From Armatimonadota bacterium (GTDB taxonomy: Bacteria > Armatimonadota > UBA5829 > DTJY01): a stretch of 64,000 nucleotides of DNA. The position numbers and the translations under genes are program-made. Below the pieces are notes generated by a model that had not been told where the DNA came from, searched no databases, and worked only from the letters and a program-made list of their open reading frames with translations. Shown here piece after piece: positions 55,436 through 63,834 of this stretch. The stretch covers positions 2,238 through 66,237 of the forward strand of contig JANYKG010000017.1 of assembly GCA_025358205.1 (NCBI GenBank), written 5' to 3'. Numbering within the stretch: the first letter of the stretch is position 1; every line of letters starts with the position of its first letter.

Positions 55436-56176
55436 ATGTTCTTCAGAAGTAAGAGTCTTTTCTATATCTCCATCTGCATGCTCATGGTTTTGCCGGCTAT
55501 AGGCGTCCGGGCCGATCTGCGTGCCAGAATCAAAGAGGCCACGTCGGGCTTCAAGGATGCCACCGTAACGTGCAAGGTTCTATCCACCAATCGCAATGAA
55601 CTTCAGAAGATCGGCAAGGATTTCTCCAAGTCATACGAGTTCAAAAACACCACCGTCTGGTATAAAGCCCCAGACAAGATGAAGGTCGAGGGCAATCTCG
55701 GCATGGTCAAGGTCTGCATGATCATGAGCGACAAGTACAAGTGCATCAGCGTTCCCTCCCTGCATCTCTCCAAGAGAGAAGACATCAGCGATGATCCGCA
55801 CAAGCGGCAGACGGACTTCGACATGGGCATCATCACAGAATCGCTGTGGCTGGACTATATCGTGACCGACACGGAGATCGAGAAGAGCGGTGATAAGGAG
55901 ATTGCCAAGATCACGTTCATTCGCGACAACTCCCGGGAGAAGAAGCTTGTTGCCTGGGTGGATGTTGATTCGCTGAAGCTTCTGAAGGTTGATAAGTATG
56001 AGAGCAACGGCGCGCTTAAGTCGAGGCTTATATTCTCCGGCCACGTAAAATACGGCAGCATCTGGGTGCCCGGCAGGGTGGATGTCTACAGCCCTTCCGG
56101 TAAGTTGGCGGCCTCATCCGGCTACGAGGGCATCAAGGTCAACACCGGCCTTTCGGACTCAATGTTCAAGATGTGA
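55436..56176 (+). CDS. LolA-like / outer-membrane lipoprotein-sorting family exported protein
   Basis: Signal peptide; WYKAPDKMKVE; AWVDVDSLKLLK; IKVNTGLSDSMF ending. Confidence 0.7.
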   Translation: MFFRSKSLFYISICMLMVLPAIGVRADLRARIKEATSGFKDATVTCKVLSTNRNELQKIGKDFSKSYEFKNTTVWYKAPDKMKVEGNLGMVKVCMIMSDKYKCISVPSLHLSKREDISDDPHKRQTDFDMGIITESLWLDYIVTDTEIEKSGDKEIAKITFIRDNSREKKLVAWVDVDSLKLLKVDKYESNGALKSRLIFSGHVKYGSIWVPGRVDVYSPSGKLAASSGYEGIKVNTGLSDSMFKM

Positions 56177-56207
56177 AGTTTCCGTCTTCTGTTATCTGTA
56201 TGTTGAA

Positions 56208-56247
56208 CTCCCTCTCCTATTATTGGGAGAGGGCAGGGTGAGGGTCC
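56208..56247. repeat. CCCTCTCC...GGGAGAGGG..GGGTGAGGG palindromic REP-like motif
   Basis: Hairpin CCCTCTCC-TATTATTG-GGAGAGGG plus GGGTGAGGG tail; single copy in this window. Confidence 0.5.
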
Positions 56248-56335
56248 CAAAATTCCCGCCTCTTCACGCAGGACTAATGCTTGCACACACGCAATATAAC
56301 TGCGAGTAAAGCCAGCCCTAGCCGAGAGGTGTTCC

Positions 56336-59300
56336 ATGCCCGATGCGCCGCCAATCATTCATGACCTGGTAGACCGGTTCCACGAAAACAGATCTCTCTA
56401 CATGAACGCCGCGAGCTACAACGAGGAGCAAACCCGCGCCGAGTTCATCAATCCGCTTTTCGAGGCGCTGGGCTGGGACGTATCGAACAGGAACGGCTAC
56501 TCACCCGCCTATATGGATGTCGTATTCGAGGGCACCATCCGCACCGAGGGCAACGCAAACGCGCCGGACTACACCTTCCGCGTCGGCCAGAAGCGCATGT
56601 TCTTTGTGGAAGCCAAGAAGCCCGCCGTAAGCATCAACTTCGACCCGGAGCCTGCGCGCCAGATTCGCCGGTATTCGTGGACAGCCAAGCTTCCTCTGGG
56701 TATCGCCACCAACTTCCACGAACTGGCCGTCTATGACGGGCGCACCCCACCAAAGTCCGTGGACAAGGCGAGCTATGCGCGGCTCATATACATGAGGTAC
56801 ACCGAATTCCCCGATCGCTGGCAAGAACTGGCGGGCATATTCGGCCGTGAAGCAGTGTGGAAAGGCTCATTCGATAAGTACGCACAGAAGGACAAGGGGA
56901 AGACCGGCACCGCCGAGGTGGACGATCAGTTCCTTAAGCAGATAGAGGAATGGCGTTCTCTGCTAGCTCATAACCTCGCGCTTAGAAACAAGGCCCTTAG
57001 TGTCCAGGAATTGAACTACGCCGTCCAGAGCACCATTGACCGCATCGTATTCCTCCGCATCTGCGAGGATAGAGGCATCGAGGCGGCTGGTCAGCTCTTC
57101 GGCATGACCAGCGGTCCGAACACTTACCGCAGGCTGGTTGACCTCTACTACAAAGCGGACGACCGGTACAACTCCGGCCTCTTCCATTTTCGCCAGGACA
57201 AGACCCGACAGGAGTCGGCGGACGACTTCACGCCCGGCCTGAACATAGACGACAAGGTTCTGAAGGACATCATCGGCGGGCTTTACTATCCGAAAAGCCC
57301 TTATGCATTCTCAGTCATCGGTGCGGAGATACTCGGCAACGTGTATGAGCAGTTCCTGGGCAAGGTCATTAGTCTCACCGCAGGGCATAAGGCGCTGGTG
57401 GAAGAGAAGCCTGAGGTCAAGAAGGCGGGCGGCGTCTACTACACCCCGGCGTACATCGTTGACTACATAGTGAAGAACACCGTGGGCAAGCTCTGCGAGG
57501 GCAAGACCCCCAAGCAGGTGGAAAAGCTGCGGATACTGGACCCGGCCTGCGGATCAGGCTCATTCCTCATCAACGCCTACGCATGGCTGCTGAGCTGGCA
57601 CCTGGATTACTACGTAACGCACGGCCCGGAGAAGCATAAGAAGGAAATATACTGCGTACCCGGCGGTGGTTGGCGCTTGGCGACCAAAGAGAAGAAGCGG
57701 ATACTTCTCAATAACATCTACGGCGTGGATATAGACAGCCAGGCGGTGGAGGTTACCAAGCTGAGCCTGCTGCTAAAGGTGTTGGAGGGCGAGAGCGCGG
57801 AGACTCTGGACAACCAGCTAAGGCTGCTGCACGAGCGCGCCCTGCCTGATCTGTCTGAGAACATCAAGTGCGGTAACTCCCTGATCGGAACGGACTTCGA
57901 TACCACCGGCCTGAGCGATGAGGAGATTCGGAAGATCAATCTGTTCGACTGGCAGACCGGCTTCCCCGATATCATGGAAAACGGCGGCTTCGATGCAGTG
58001 ATTGGGAACCCGCCGTACATCAGAATCCAGACGATGAAGGAATGGATGCCGCGCGCAGTTGAGCATTACAAAACGGCTTACAAGTCTGCTGCGAAGGGGA
58101 ACTACGATATCTATGTCTTGTTTGTTGAGCGCGGGCTGTCCCTACTGAATAAACACGGCAAGCTTGGGTACATCCTGCCCCACAAGTTCTTCAACGCGCA
58201 GTACGGCGAACCGCTGAGGCAACTAATAGCGAGTGGGAAGCAACTATCCGAGGTTGTACACTTCGGGGATCAACAGGTCTTCGAGAATGCCACGACCTAT
58301 ACCTGTTTGCTGTTCCTTGGCAAAGCCGGGTGTAATGAGTTGACCTTCACGCAGGTTACCGATCTGTCACAGTGGAGAAGTGCCGGTACTGGCACGACCG
58401 GCAGCATTCCAGCCAACAACATCGGCAGTGCCGAGTGGAACTTCGTAGTCGGTGCAGGAAGCTTCCTTTTCGAGAAGTTACGTGCTATGCCTACGACACT
58501 GGGATCCGTGGCCAAGTCTATGTTCGTTGGACAACAGACAAGCGCCGATACCGTGTATTTATTCAAAGATCATCAGCCTGCGAAGAACTCTGATACCCTT
58601 GATGTGCGTTCCCATGAGCTAGAGGAATGGATCACCATAGAGCAGAGCATCCTTAGGCGCGTCGTACGAAGTGGGGACATCCGCAGATACGAGGCACGTG
58701 CCTCTGCATACGTGCTCTTCCCGTATGAGGTGAGGAATTGCGCCGCACGGTTACTAACCGTCGACGAGCTTAGTCCGCTTGCCGGGCATTATCTAAACAG
58801 GAATAAGGCACTGCTTGAGGAACGCGAGAAAGGGAAGTTCAAAGATCCAGAATGGTACCGATTTGGCCGCCACCAGAACGTTGGCATGTGGGAACAGCCG
58901 AAACTCATGGTGCCATATATGATAACCGAACTTGCGGCCTACTTGGACCGCTCAGACGATTACTACTTCATCAATGTCACGACCGGTGGGTATGGGATCA
59001 CGATAGATGAATCCCAGGTCACCCTTGAATACTGCTGTGGATTACTGAACTCACGTCTACTCGATTTCTATCTCAAGAAGGTATCCACGAATTTTCATGG
59101 CGGCTACTTCGCAGCCAACAAGCAGTTCATCGAGCTTCTCCCCATCCGCACGATCAACTTCGACGATCCTGCGGACAAGGCCCAGCACGATAAGATGGTG
59201 AAACTCGTGGAGAAGATGCTGGACCTGCACAAGAAGCTGGACACGGCCAACATCCCCGGCGACAAAACCGCCATCCAGCGGCAGATAGATACCACAGATC

Positions 59301-59377
59301 GAGAGATAGACAGGCTCGTCTACCACCTCTACGGCCTCACCCCCGACGAGATCAAAATCGTGGAGGAATCGCAATGA
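56336..59377 (+). CDS. Fused restriction-modification enzyme, type IIG/IIL-like (N6-adenine MTase, Eco57I/TaqI-C like)
   Basis: N-terminal nuclease PDY...VEAKKP; ILGNVYEQFL, GVYYTP, ILDPACGSGSFL (motif I), VIGNPPY (motif IV); TRD; C-terminal IDRLVYHLYGLT. Confidence 0.92.
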   Translation: MPDAPPIIHDLVDRFHENRSLYMNAASYNEEQTRAEFINPLFEALGWDVSNRNGYSPAYMDVVFEGTIRTEGNANAPDYTFRVGQKRMFFVEAKKPAVSINFDPEPARQIRRYSWTAKLPLGIATNFHELAVYDGRTPPKSVDKASYARLIYMRYTEFPDRWQELAGIFGREAVWKGSFDKYAQKDKGKTGTAEVDDQFLKQIEEWRSLLAHNLALRNKALSVQELNYAVQSTIDRIVFLRICEDRGIEAAGQLFGMTSGPNTYRRLVDLYYKADDRYNSGLFHFRQDKTRQESADDFTPGLNIDDKVLKDIIGGLYYPKSPYAFSVIGAEILGNVYEQFLGKVISLTAGHKALVEEKPEVKKAGGVYYTPAYIVDYIVKNTVGKLCEGKTPKQVEKLRILDPACGSGSFLINAYAWLLSWHLDYYVTHGPEKHKKEIYCVPGGGWRLATKEKKRILLNNIYGVDIDSQAVEVTKLSLLLKVLEGESAETLDNQLRLLHERALPDLSENIKCGNSLIGTDFDTTGLSDEEIRKINLFDWQTGFPDIMENGGFDAVIGNPPYIRIQTMKEWMPRAVEHYKTAYKSAAKGNYDIYVLFVERGLSLLNKHGKLGYILPHKFFNAQYGEPLRQLIASGKQLSEVVHFGDQQVFENATTYTCLLFLGKAGCNELTFTQVTDLSQWRSAGTGTTGSIPANNIGSAEWNFVVGAGSFLFEKLRAMPTTLGSVAKSMFVGQQTSADTVYLFKDHQPAKNSDTLDVRSHELEEWITIEQSILRRVVRSGDIRRYEARASAYVLFPYEVRNCAARLLTVDELSPLAGHYLNRNKALLEEREKGKFKDPEWYRFGRHQNVGMWEQPKLMVPYMITELAAYLDRSDDYYFINVTTGGYGITIDESQVTLEYCCGLLNSRLLDFYLKKVSTNFHGGYFAANKQFIELLPIRTINFDDPADKAQHDKMVKLVEKMLDLHKKLDTANIPGDKTAIQRQIDTTDREIDRLVYHLYGLTPDEIKIVEESQ

Positions 59378-60183
59378 CCATGCTTGCAGAGATGGAAAAG
59401 GCAATCAAGGAACTTGAAGAACGGAAGAATCTACTATGCGCCATCCTTCAGAAGTCAGGCTGGGTGGACGAAAGATCGCACACATCCATACCAGAGAGCA
59501 TAGCTAGTGGCCCCGATCTTGAAGACCTTTTCGGTGCGAAATTGCCGGAACGGCGACCTTTGCCGTCTGGCGCTGAACGCGATTACCAGCAGTGGTACAG
59601 CGCGGCATGGACGATCATCGCCCGAAACCAGCCGAGTCGTCTGGCCGAGTTCGAAGCGGCTTATTGTACGCCGCCCAAGCAGTTTGCGCCTGGCATAAAG
59701 CAGTTGCTAGCAAAGAAACAAGTTGCACAGGACGAGCTGTTCACATTGCTTGATCTTGTCAACACTCAATTCGAGATTCTCGCAGCGGTGCCATGCCACC
59801 TCACGTACAGCATCTACGACATCGAACTGACGGCTTACTCGCTCCTCATGGATGATGAGATTGGGGCCGCACGGCATCTGTTGTCAAGAGGCTTTCGACG
59901 TCCGTCCGGTGCGCTTGCCGGGGTAATCCTAGAGCGTCACCTGAAGAACCTTCTTCGCAAACATACTCCGCCAATCAAGTATAAGCAAGGCGATACCCTC
60001 GCACCACTAAACGATTTGGCGAAGGCCGTGATATACGATGTTGTGACATGGCGGAAGATTCAGCATATGACCGACCTCCGAAATCTATGCGACCACGATA
60101 AGGAACGCGAGCCAACAAAGGAGGAGGTTGCTGAACTGGTCGAGGGTGTGTCAAGTCTACTGAAGAATCACATCTCCCTCTGA
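59374..60183 (+). CDS. HEPN-motif (DUF4145-like) protein
   Basis: AGVILERHLK helix and LRNLCDH (RxxxxH) in the C-terminal domain; ATGA overlap with the RM gene. Confidence 0.7.
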   Translation: MTMLAEMEKAIKELEERKNLLCAILQKSGWVDERSHTSIPESIASGPDLEDLFGAKLPERRPLPSGAERDYQQWYSAAWTIIARNQPSRLAEFEAAYCTPPKQFAPGIKQLLAKKQVAQDELFTLLDLVNTQFEILAAVPCHLTYSIYDIELTAYSLLMDDEIGAARHLLSRGFRRPSGALAGVILERHLKNLLRKHTPPIKYKQGDTLAPLNDLAKAVIYDVVTWRKIQHMTDLRNLCDHDKEREPTKEEVAELVEGVSSLLKNHISL

Positions 60184-60186
60184 TAT

Positions 60187-60272
60187 CCACTGACCGCGAG
60201 ATAGACATCCTGGTCCATCAGCTCTACGGCCTGACGGAAGACGAGATCAAGATCGTAGAGGAGGGCGCTTAG
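60187..60272 (+). pseudogene. Orphan duplicate of the RM gene 3' end
   Basis: Translates TDREIDILVHQLYGLTEDEIKIVEEGA* versus the RM terminus TDREIDRLVYHLYGLTPDEIKIVEESQ*; no start codon. Confidence 0.85.
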
Positions 60273-60275
60273 CCC

Positions 60276-60400
60276 TATGGACTGCGAAGGGCTTGACTTC
60301 GCTTTTCGTGGGTTGGCTTGATAACCCGGATATTCTGTGCAGTCCGACCGGCGTCAAGCCGCCTGGCACAAAGCGGTGTCGAGACCACACGCACTCCAAA
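60276..60400. repeat. Family C palindromic element
   Basis: TATGGACTGCG..CTTGAC..CGCTTT ... AAAGCG..GTCGAG..CGCACTCCAAA. Confidence 0.7.
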
Positions 60401-60411
60401 GCGGCATTCTG

Positions 60412-60451
60412 CCTCCCATGCACCCATACCCCCACACTCCCATACATCCCC
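60412..60451. repeat. Octamer tandem repeat
   Basis: CCTCCCAT GCACCCAT ACCCCCAC ACTCCCAT ACATCCCC. Confidence 0.6.
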
Positions 60452-60459
60452 AAATAACA

Positions 60460-60489
60460 TTGACAAGACGTCGGGTAGCTGACTATAAT
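60460..60489 (+). promoter_or_regulatory. Sigma70 promoter of recG-coaD
   Basis: Perfect TTGACA-N18-TATAAT. Confidence 0.75.
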
Positions 60490-60503
60490 ATCGGGGTTGT
60501 TCC

Positions 60504-62642
60504 GTGATAAGCGAAAGTCAGCACTCTAATGAATCTGCGCCGGAAGGCGGGCGATCATTCACTCACACCCCCATGTTGGATACCGAGGTAAGGTACGTCA
60601 AAGGGGTTGGCGAGCGTCTGTCGAAGCTGATGGGGAAGTTGGGCGTGTTTACCGTCCGTGACCTCCTCACGCACTTTCCGCACAGGTATGAGGACCGGTC
60701 TCGCTTCTTGAAGATCGGACAGCTCAGACCGGGCGATGCGGCAACTTTCATCGGCACGGTCGCGCACACGGAGAACGTGCGAACACCGCGATCTCACAAG
60801 CTACTGACAAAGGTTGCGGTTCAGGACGGCACCGGGGTTGTGACCCTTGTTTGGTTCAACCAGCACTATATCAAGCCGAAGTTCGATAAGCTGCGCGGGC
60901 GTGAGATCGTTGTCTACGGCACGGCCCTGTACAGCAACCGCGGGCTTGAGATAGTCAACCCGGAGTGGGAAGAAGAGGACAGCGGCGGCGACTCGACTGC
61001 AACCGGGCGAATCGTGCCGGTCTATCCGCTCACCGAGGGGCTGTTTCAGAGTACCGTTCGCAAGGCGATTCACAGGGCGCTGGATACGTATCTGTCCAAG
61101 TTGGGCGATGTGCTGCCGGATGAGATCATGAATCGGCGCGACCTGGTGGACGTTCAGTGCGCATACAAGAATATTCACTTTCCTGAGAGCCAGGAGGCTT
61201 TGGACGCGGCGCGGTATCGGTTGGTCTATGAGGAGTTGTTCCTCCTGCAACTTGCGCTGGCGATGCGAAAGCAGAATGTGACTACCGCCCAACCGGGTAT
61301 AGTCTTTGAGATAGCGCCGGAGTACACCAGGGCGTTTTACGATTCGCTGCCGTTTGATTTCACGACCGCGCAGAAGCGTGTGGTCGCGGAGATTCACCGG
61401 GACATGAGCCGTCCCACCGCCATGAATCGTCTGGTGCAGGGCGATGTGGGATCGGGCAAGACGGTGGTGGCGGTGGCGGCGATGATGGTGGCGGTTCACA
61501 ACGGATACCAGACCGCCATGATGGCGCCGACCGAGATTCTGGCCGAGCAGCACTACAGAGTGCTGTCTCGAATCCTTGAAAACCTGGGAGTGGAAACGGC
61601 GCTGCTGATAGGCAGCATGACCGCCAAGCAGAAGCGTTTGGTTCGCGAGCGTGTGGCGTCCGGCGAGGTCAAGGTGGTGGTCGGCACGCACGCGCTGATT
61701 CAGGAGGACGTGGAGTTCAAGAACCTTGGGTTCGCCGTGATAGACGAGCAGCACCGGTTCGGCGTTCTGCAGAGGGCGGCGCTGAGGGAGAAGGGCTGGA
61801 GCCCGGACGTGCTGGTGATGACCGCCACGCCCATTCCGCGAACCCTGGCGCTGACCGTATACGGCGATCTCGATCTCTCGGTGGTGGACGAACTGCCGCC
61901 GGGGAGGAAACCGATTCGCACGCACTGGAAGACGGTTGACCAGCGAAAGTCGGTGTACGACGGTGTGCGGAAGCTGATAGAGCAGGGGCGGCAGGTGTAC
62001 ATAGTGTGCCCGCTTGTGGAGGAGTCGGAAAAGCTTCAGGCTGAAGCGGCCACGGTGTTGGCCGAGCGGCTGAAGGCGGAAGTTTTTCCCGACTTGGAAC
62101 TGGCCCTGATTCACGGCAAAATGAAGACCGCGGACAAGGACGACGTGATGCGCCGGTTCCGCGATGGTGAGATACAGATTCTGGTTGCCACCACGGTGAT
62201 TGAGGTGGGCGTTGATGTGCCGAATGCCTGCGTGATGGTGGTTGAAGACGCCGAGCGGTTCGGCCTTGCACAGCTTCATCAGTTGCGTGGGCGAGTAGGT
62301 CGAGGCGAGCATCAGTCGTTCTGCGTGCTGGTGGCGGACCCTAAGACGGACGATGGTCGAGAGCGGCTGGAAGTAATGGCGCGGACGACCAACGGGTTCG
62401 AGATCGCGGAAGAGGACTTGCGGATACGCGGACCGGGTGAGTTCTACGGCACCCGGCAGAGCGGATTGCCGTCATTCAGAATTGCGAACATCCTGAGGGA
62501 TGTGGAGATACTTGAGCAGAGCAGGGAGGACGCCTTCGCGCTGGTGAAGGCTGATCCGAATCTGCGCAAACCAGATCACGCTGAACTGCGCGCAGAGGTT
62601 TTTCGCCGGTTTGAGGGCTATGAACTTGTGGCGGTGAGCTGA
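60504..62642 (+). CDS. recG: ATP-dependent DNA helicase RecG
   Basis: QGDVGSGKT, MAPTEILAEQH, DEQHRFG, MTATPIPRTL, QLHQLRGRVGR and RGPGE motifs; the start may instead be ATG 60573. Confidence 0.96.
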   Translation: MISESQHSNESAPEGGRSFTHTPMLDTEVRYVKGVGERLSKLMGKLGVFTVRDLLTHFPHRYEDRSRFLKIGQLRPGDAATFIGTVAHTENVRTPRSHKLLTKVAVQDGTGVVTLVWFNQHYIKPKFDKLRGREIVVYGTALYSNRGLEIVNPEWEEEDSGGDSTATGRIVPVYPLTEGLFQSTVRKAIHRALDTYLSKLGDVLPDEIMNRRDLVDVQCAYKNIHFPESQEALDAARYRLVYEELFLLQLALAMRKQNVTTAQPGIVFEIAPEYTRAFYDSLPFDFTTAQKRVVAEIHRDMSRPTAMNRLVQGDVGSGKTVVAVAAMMVAVHNGYQTAMMAPTEILAEQHYRVLSRILENLGVETALLIGSMTAKQKRLVRERVASGEVKVVVGTHALIQEDVEFKNLGFAVIDEQHRFGVLQRAALREKGWSPDVLVMTATPIPRTLALTVYGDLDLSVVDELPPGRKPIRTHWKTVDQRKSVYDGVRKLIEQGRQVYIVCPLVEESEKLQAEAATVLAERLKAEVFPDLELALIHGKMKTADKDDVMRRFRDGEIQILVATTVIEVGVDVPNACVMVVEDAERFGLAQLHQLRGRVGRGEHQSFCVLVADPKTDDGRERLEVMARTTNGFEIAEEDLRIRGPGEFYGTRQSGLPSFRIANILRDVEILEQSREDAFALVKADPNLRKPDHAELRAEVFRRFEGYELVAVS

Positions 62643-62644
62643 TG

Positions 62645-62721
62645 AGAATGGTTGATGGCTAATGGTTGATGGCAGCGCTGCTGCTCTGATCCCCCATGAA
62701 CCATGAACCATGAACCATTCC
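62645..62721. repeat. ORF-less inverted heptamer-arm element (ATGG/CCAT family)
   Basis: AGAATGGTT GATGGCT AATGGTT GATGGCA ... CCATGAA CCATGAA CCATGAA CCATTC; GAATGGTT/AACCATTC IR. Confidence 0.78.
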
Positions 62722-62732
62722 GCGAGGAGCGT

Positions 62733-63209
62733 ATGCGACGAGCAGTGTATCCCGGGAATTTTGATCCGATAACGAACGGGCATCTGGACATCATCGCGCG
62801 GGCGTCCACGATCTTTGATGAGGTCGTGGTGGCCGTGGGGATGAACCTGGGTAAGAGTCCCATGTTCACCGCCGAAGAGCGTATGGACATGATCCGCCAG
62901 GCATGCAGCCACCTGCCGAACGTGAAAGCGGCGATGTACACCGGACTCACAGTGGTCTTCGCCGCATCGCAGGGCGCAAGCGTGATCGTCCGCGGGCTAA
63001 GAGCGCTCTCGGATTTTGACTATGAGTTCGAGATGGCGCTGACCAACCGCAGGCTGGATGACACGATTGAGACGGTCTTCCTGATGACGAACGCTGAATA
63101 CTCGTTCTTGAGCTCCAGCCTGGTCAAGGAAGTGTCCAGCTTTGGCGGATCGGTGGAGGGCCTAGTGCCTTCAGTAGTGGTAGACTTTCTCAGCCGCAAG
63201 CTGAGATAA
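62733..63209 (+). CDS. coaD: Phosphopantetheine adenylyltransferase
   Basis: AVYPGNFDPITNGHLDII, IVRGLRALSDFDYE and SFLSSSLVKE; ATG 62733 after GAGGAG. Confidence 0.96.
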   Translation: MRRAVYPGNFDPITNGHLDIIARASTIFDEVVVAVGMNLGKSPMFTAEERMDMIRQACSHLPNVKAAMYTGLTVVFAASQGASVIVRGLRALSDFDYEFEMALTNRRLDDTIETVFLMTNAEYSFLSSSLVKEVSSFGGSVEGLVPSVVVDFLSRKLR

Positions 63210-63218
63210 TGATAGCGG

Positions 63219-63290
63219 GCCTGCATTATGCACTATCTGCATAATGCAGGGCATTCAGAGCATTATTCACTCTTCTTGTGAATAATGCGG
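63219..63290 (-). repeat. Family B double-hairpin repeat
   Basis: GCCTGCATTATGC...GCATAATGCAGG-GCATTCAGA-GCATTATTCAC...GTGAATAATGCGG. Confidence 0.85.
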
Positions 63291-63342
63291 GAGATATTCG
63301 CGGGGAGGGGCAAACCCTTCGTCGCAAAGGGAGGCGATTCAG

Positions 63343-63834
63343 ATAGATACTCTGGAACTGATTAACAAACTGGAAGATCTAGTCGAGAACAGCAGGCAGC
63401 TTTTCAACACTGCCTTCGTGAACACCGAGGAGTTCTACACGCTGATCAACAAGGTGAGAGCTTCGCTGCCCGAGGATGTGAAGACGGCCGCCCGCATCAC
63501 AAGAGATGCAGACCGTGTGGTAAACGACGCCAGAGACCAGGCCGCGCAGATCACCGACCAGGCCAAGGCTGACGCAGCCGGTGTGATTGACACCGCAAAG
63601 GCCGAAGCCGCCAGACTGGTGGACGCCAGCGAGATCAAGCAGATGGCAGTCGCGCAGTCAAAAGAGATCGTTGCGAGTTCCGAGGACGAGGCGCGCGGCG
63701 TGAAGGCAGGCGCGGACGAGTATGCCCGCGAAGTGCTCACGAACCTCGAAGGCTTTGTCGCAAAAACGCTCAGCACCATACAGCGGGGCCGTGACAAACT
63801 AGACGTGAAAGGCTCGGACAGCAGCGATGAGTAG
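63343..63834 (+). CDS. Conserved coiled-coil protein found downstream of coaD (DivIVA/ATP synthase b-like), probable ATA start
   Basis: The frame is open upstream of GTG 63418: (M)DTLELINKLEDLVENSRQLF...LPEDVKTA...GADEYAREVL; GGGAGG lies 8 nt before ATA at 63343. Confidence 0.7.
   Translation: MDTLELINKLEDLVENSRQLFNTAFVNTEEFYTLINKVRASLPEDVKTAARITRDADRVVNDARDQAAQITDQAKADAAGVIDTAKAEAARLVDASEIKQMAVAQSKEIVASSEDEARGVKAGADEYAREVLTNLEGFVAKTLSTIQRGRDKLDVKGSDSSDE

Noticed and set aside
59292-60272. RM tail duplication as a DGR template/variable repeat pair
   Set aside because: Mismatches are mostly synonymous third positions involving all bases, not adenine-specific.
60801-62312. Long antisense ORFs (also 14738-16006, 23854-24828, 2860-3915, 7027-7626)
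   Set aside because: They mirror well-supported genes on the opposite strand, as expected in high-GC DNA, and show no recognisable motifs.
63305-63335. c-di-GMP-I riboswitch suggested by GGCAAAC...CGCAAAG
   Set aside because: The GNRA-capped P2 stem and the P3 receptor stem are missing and the spacing is too short.
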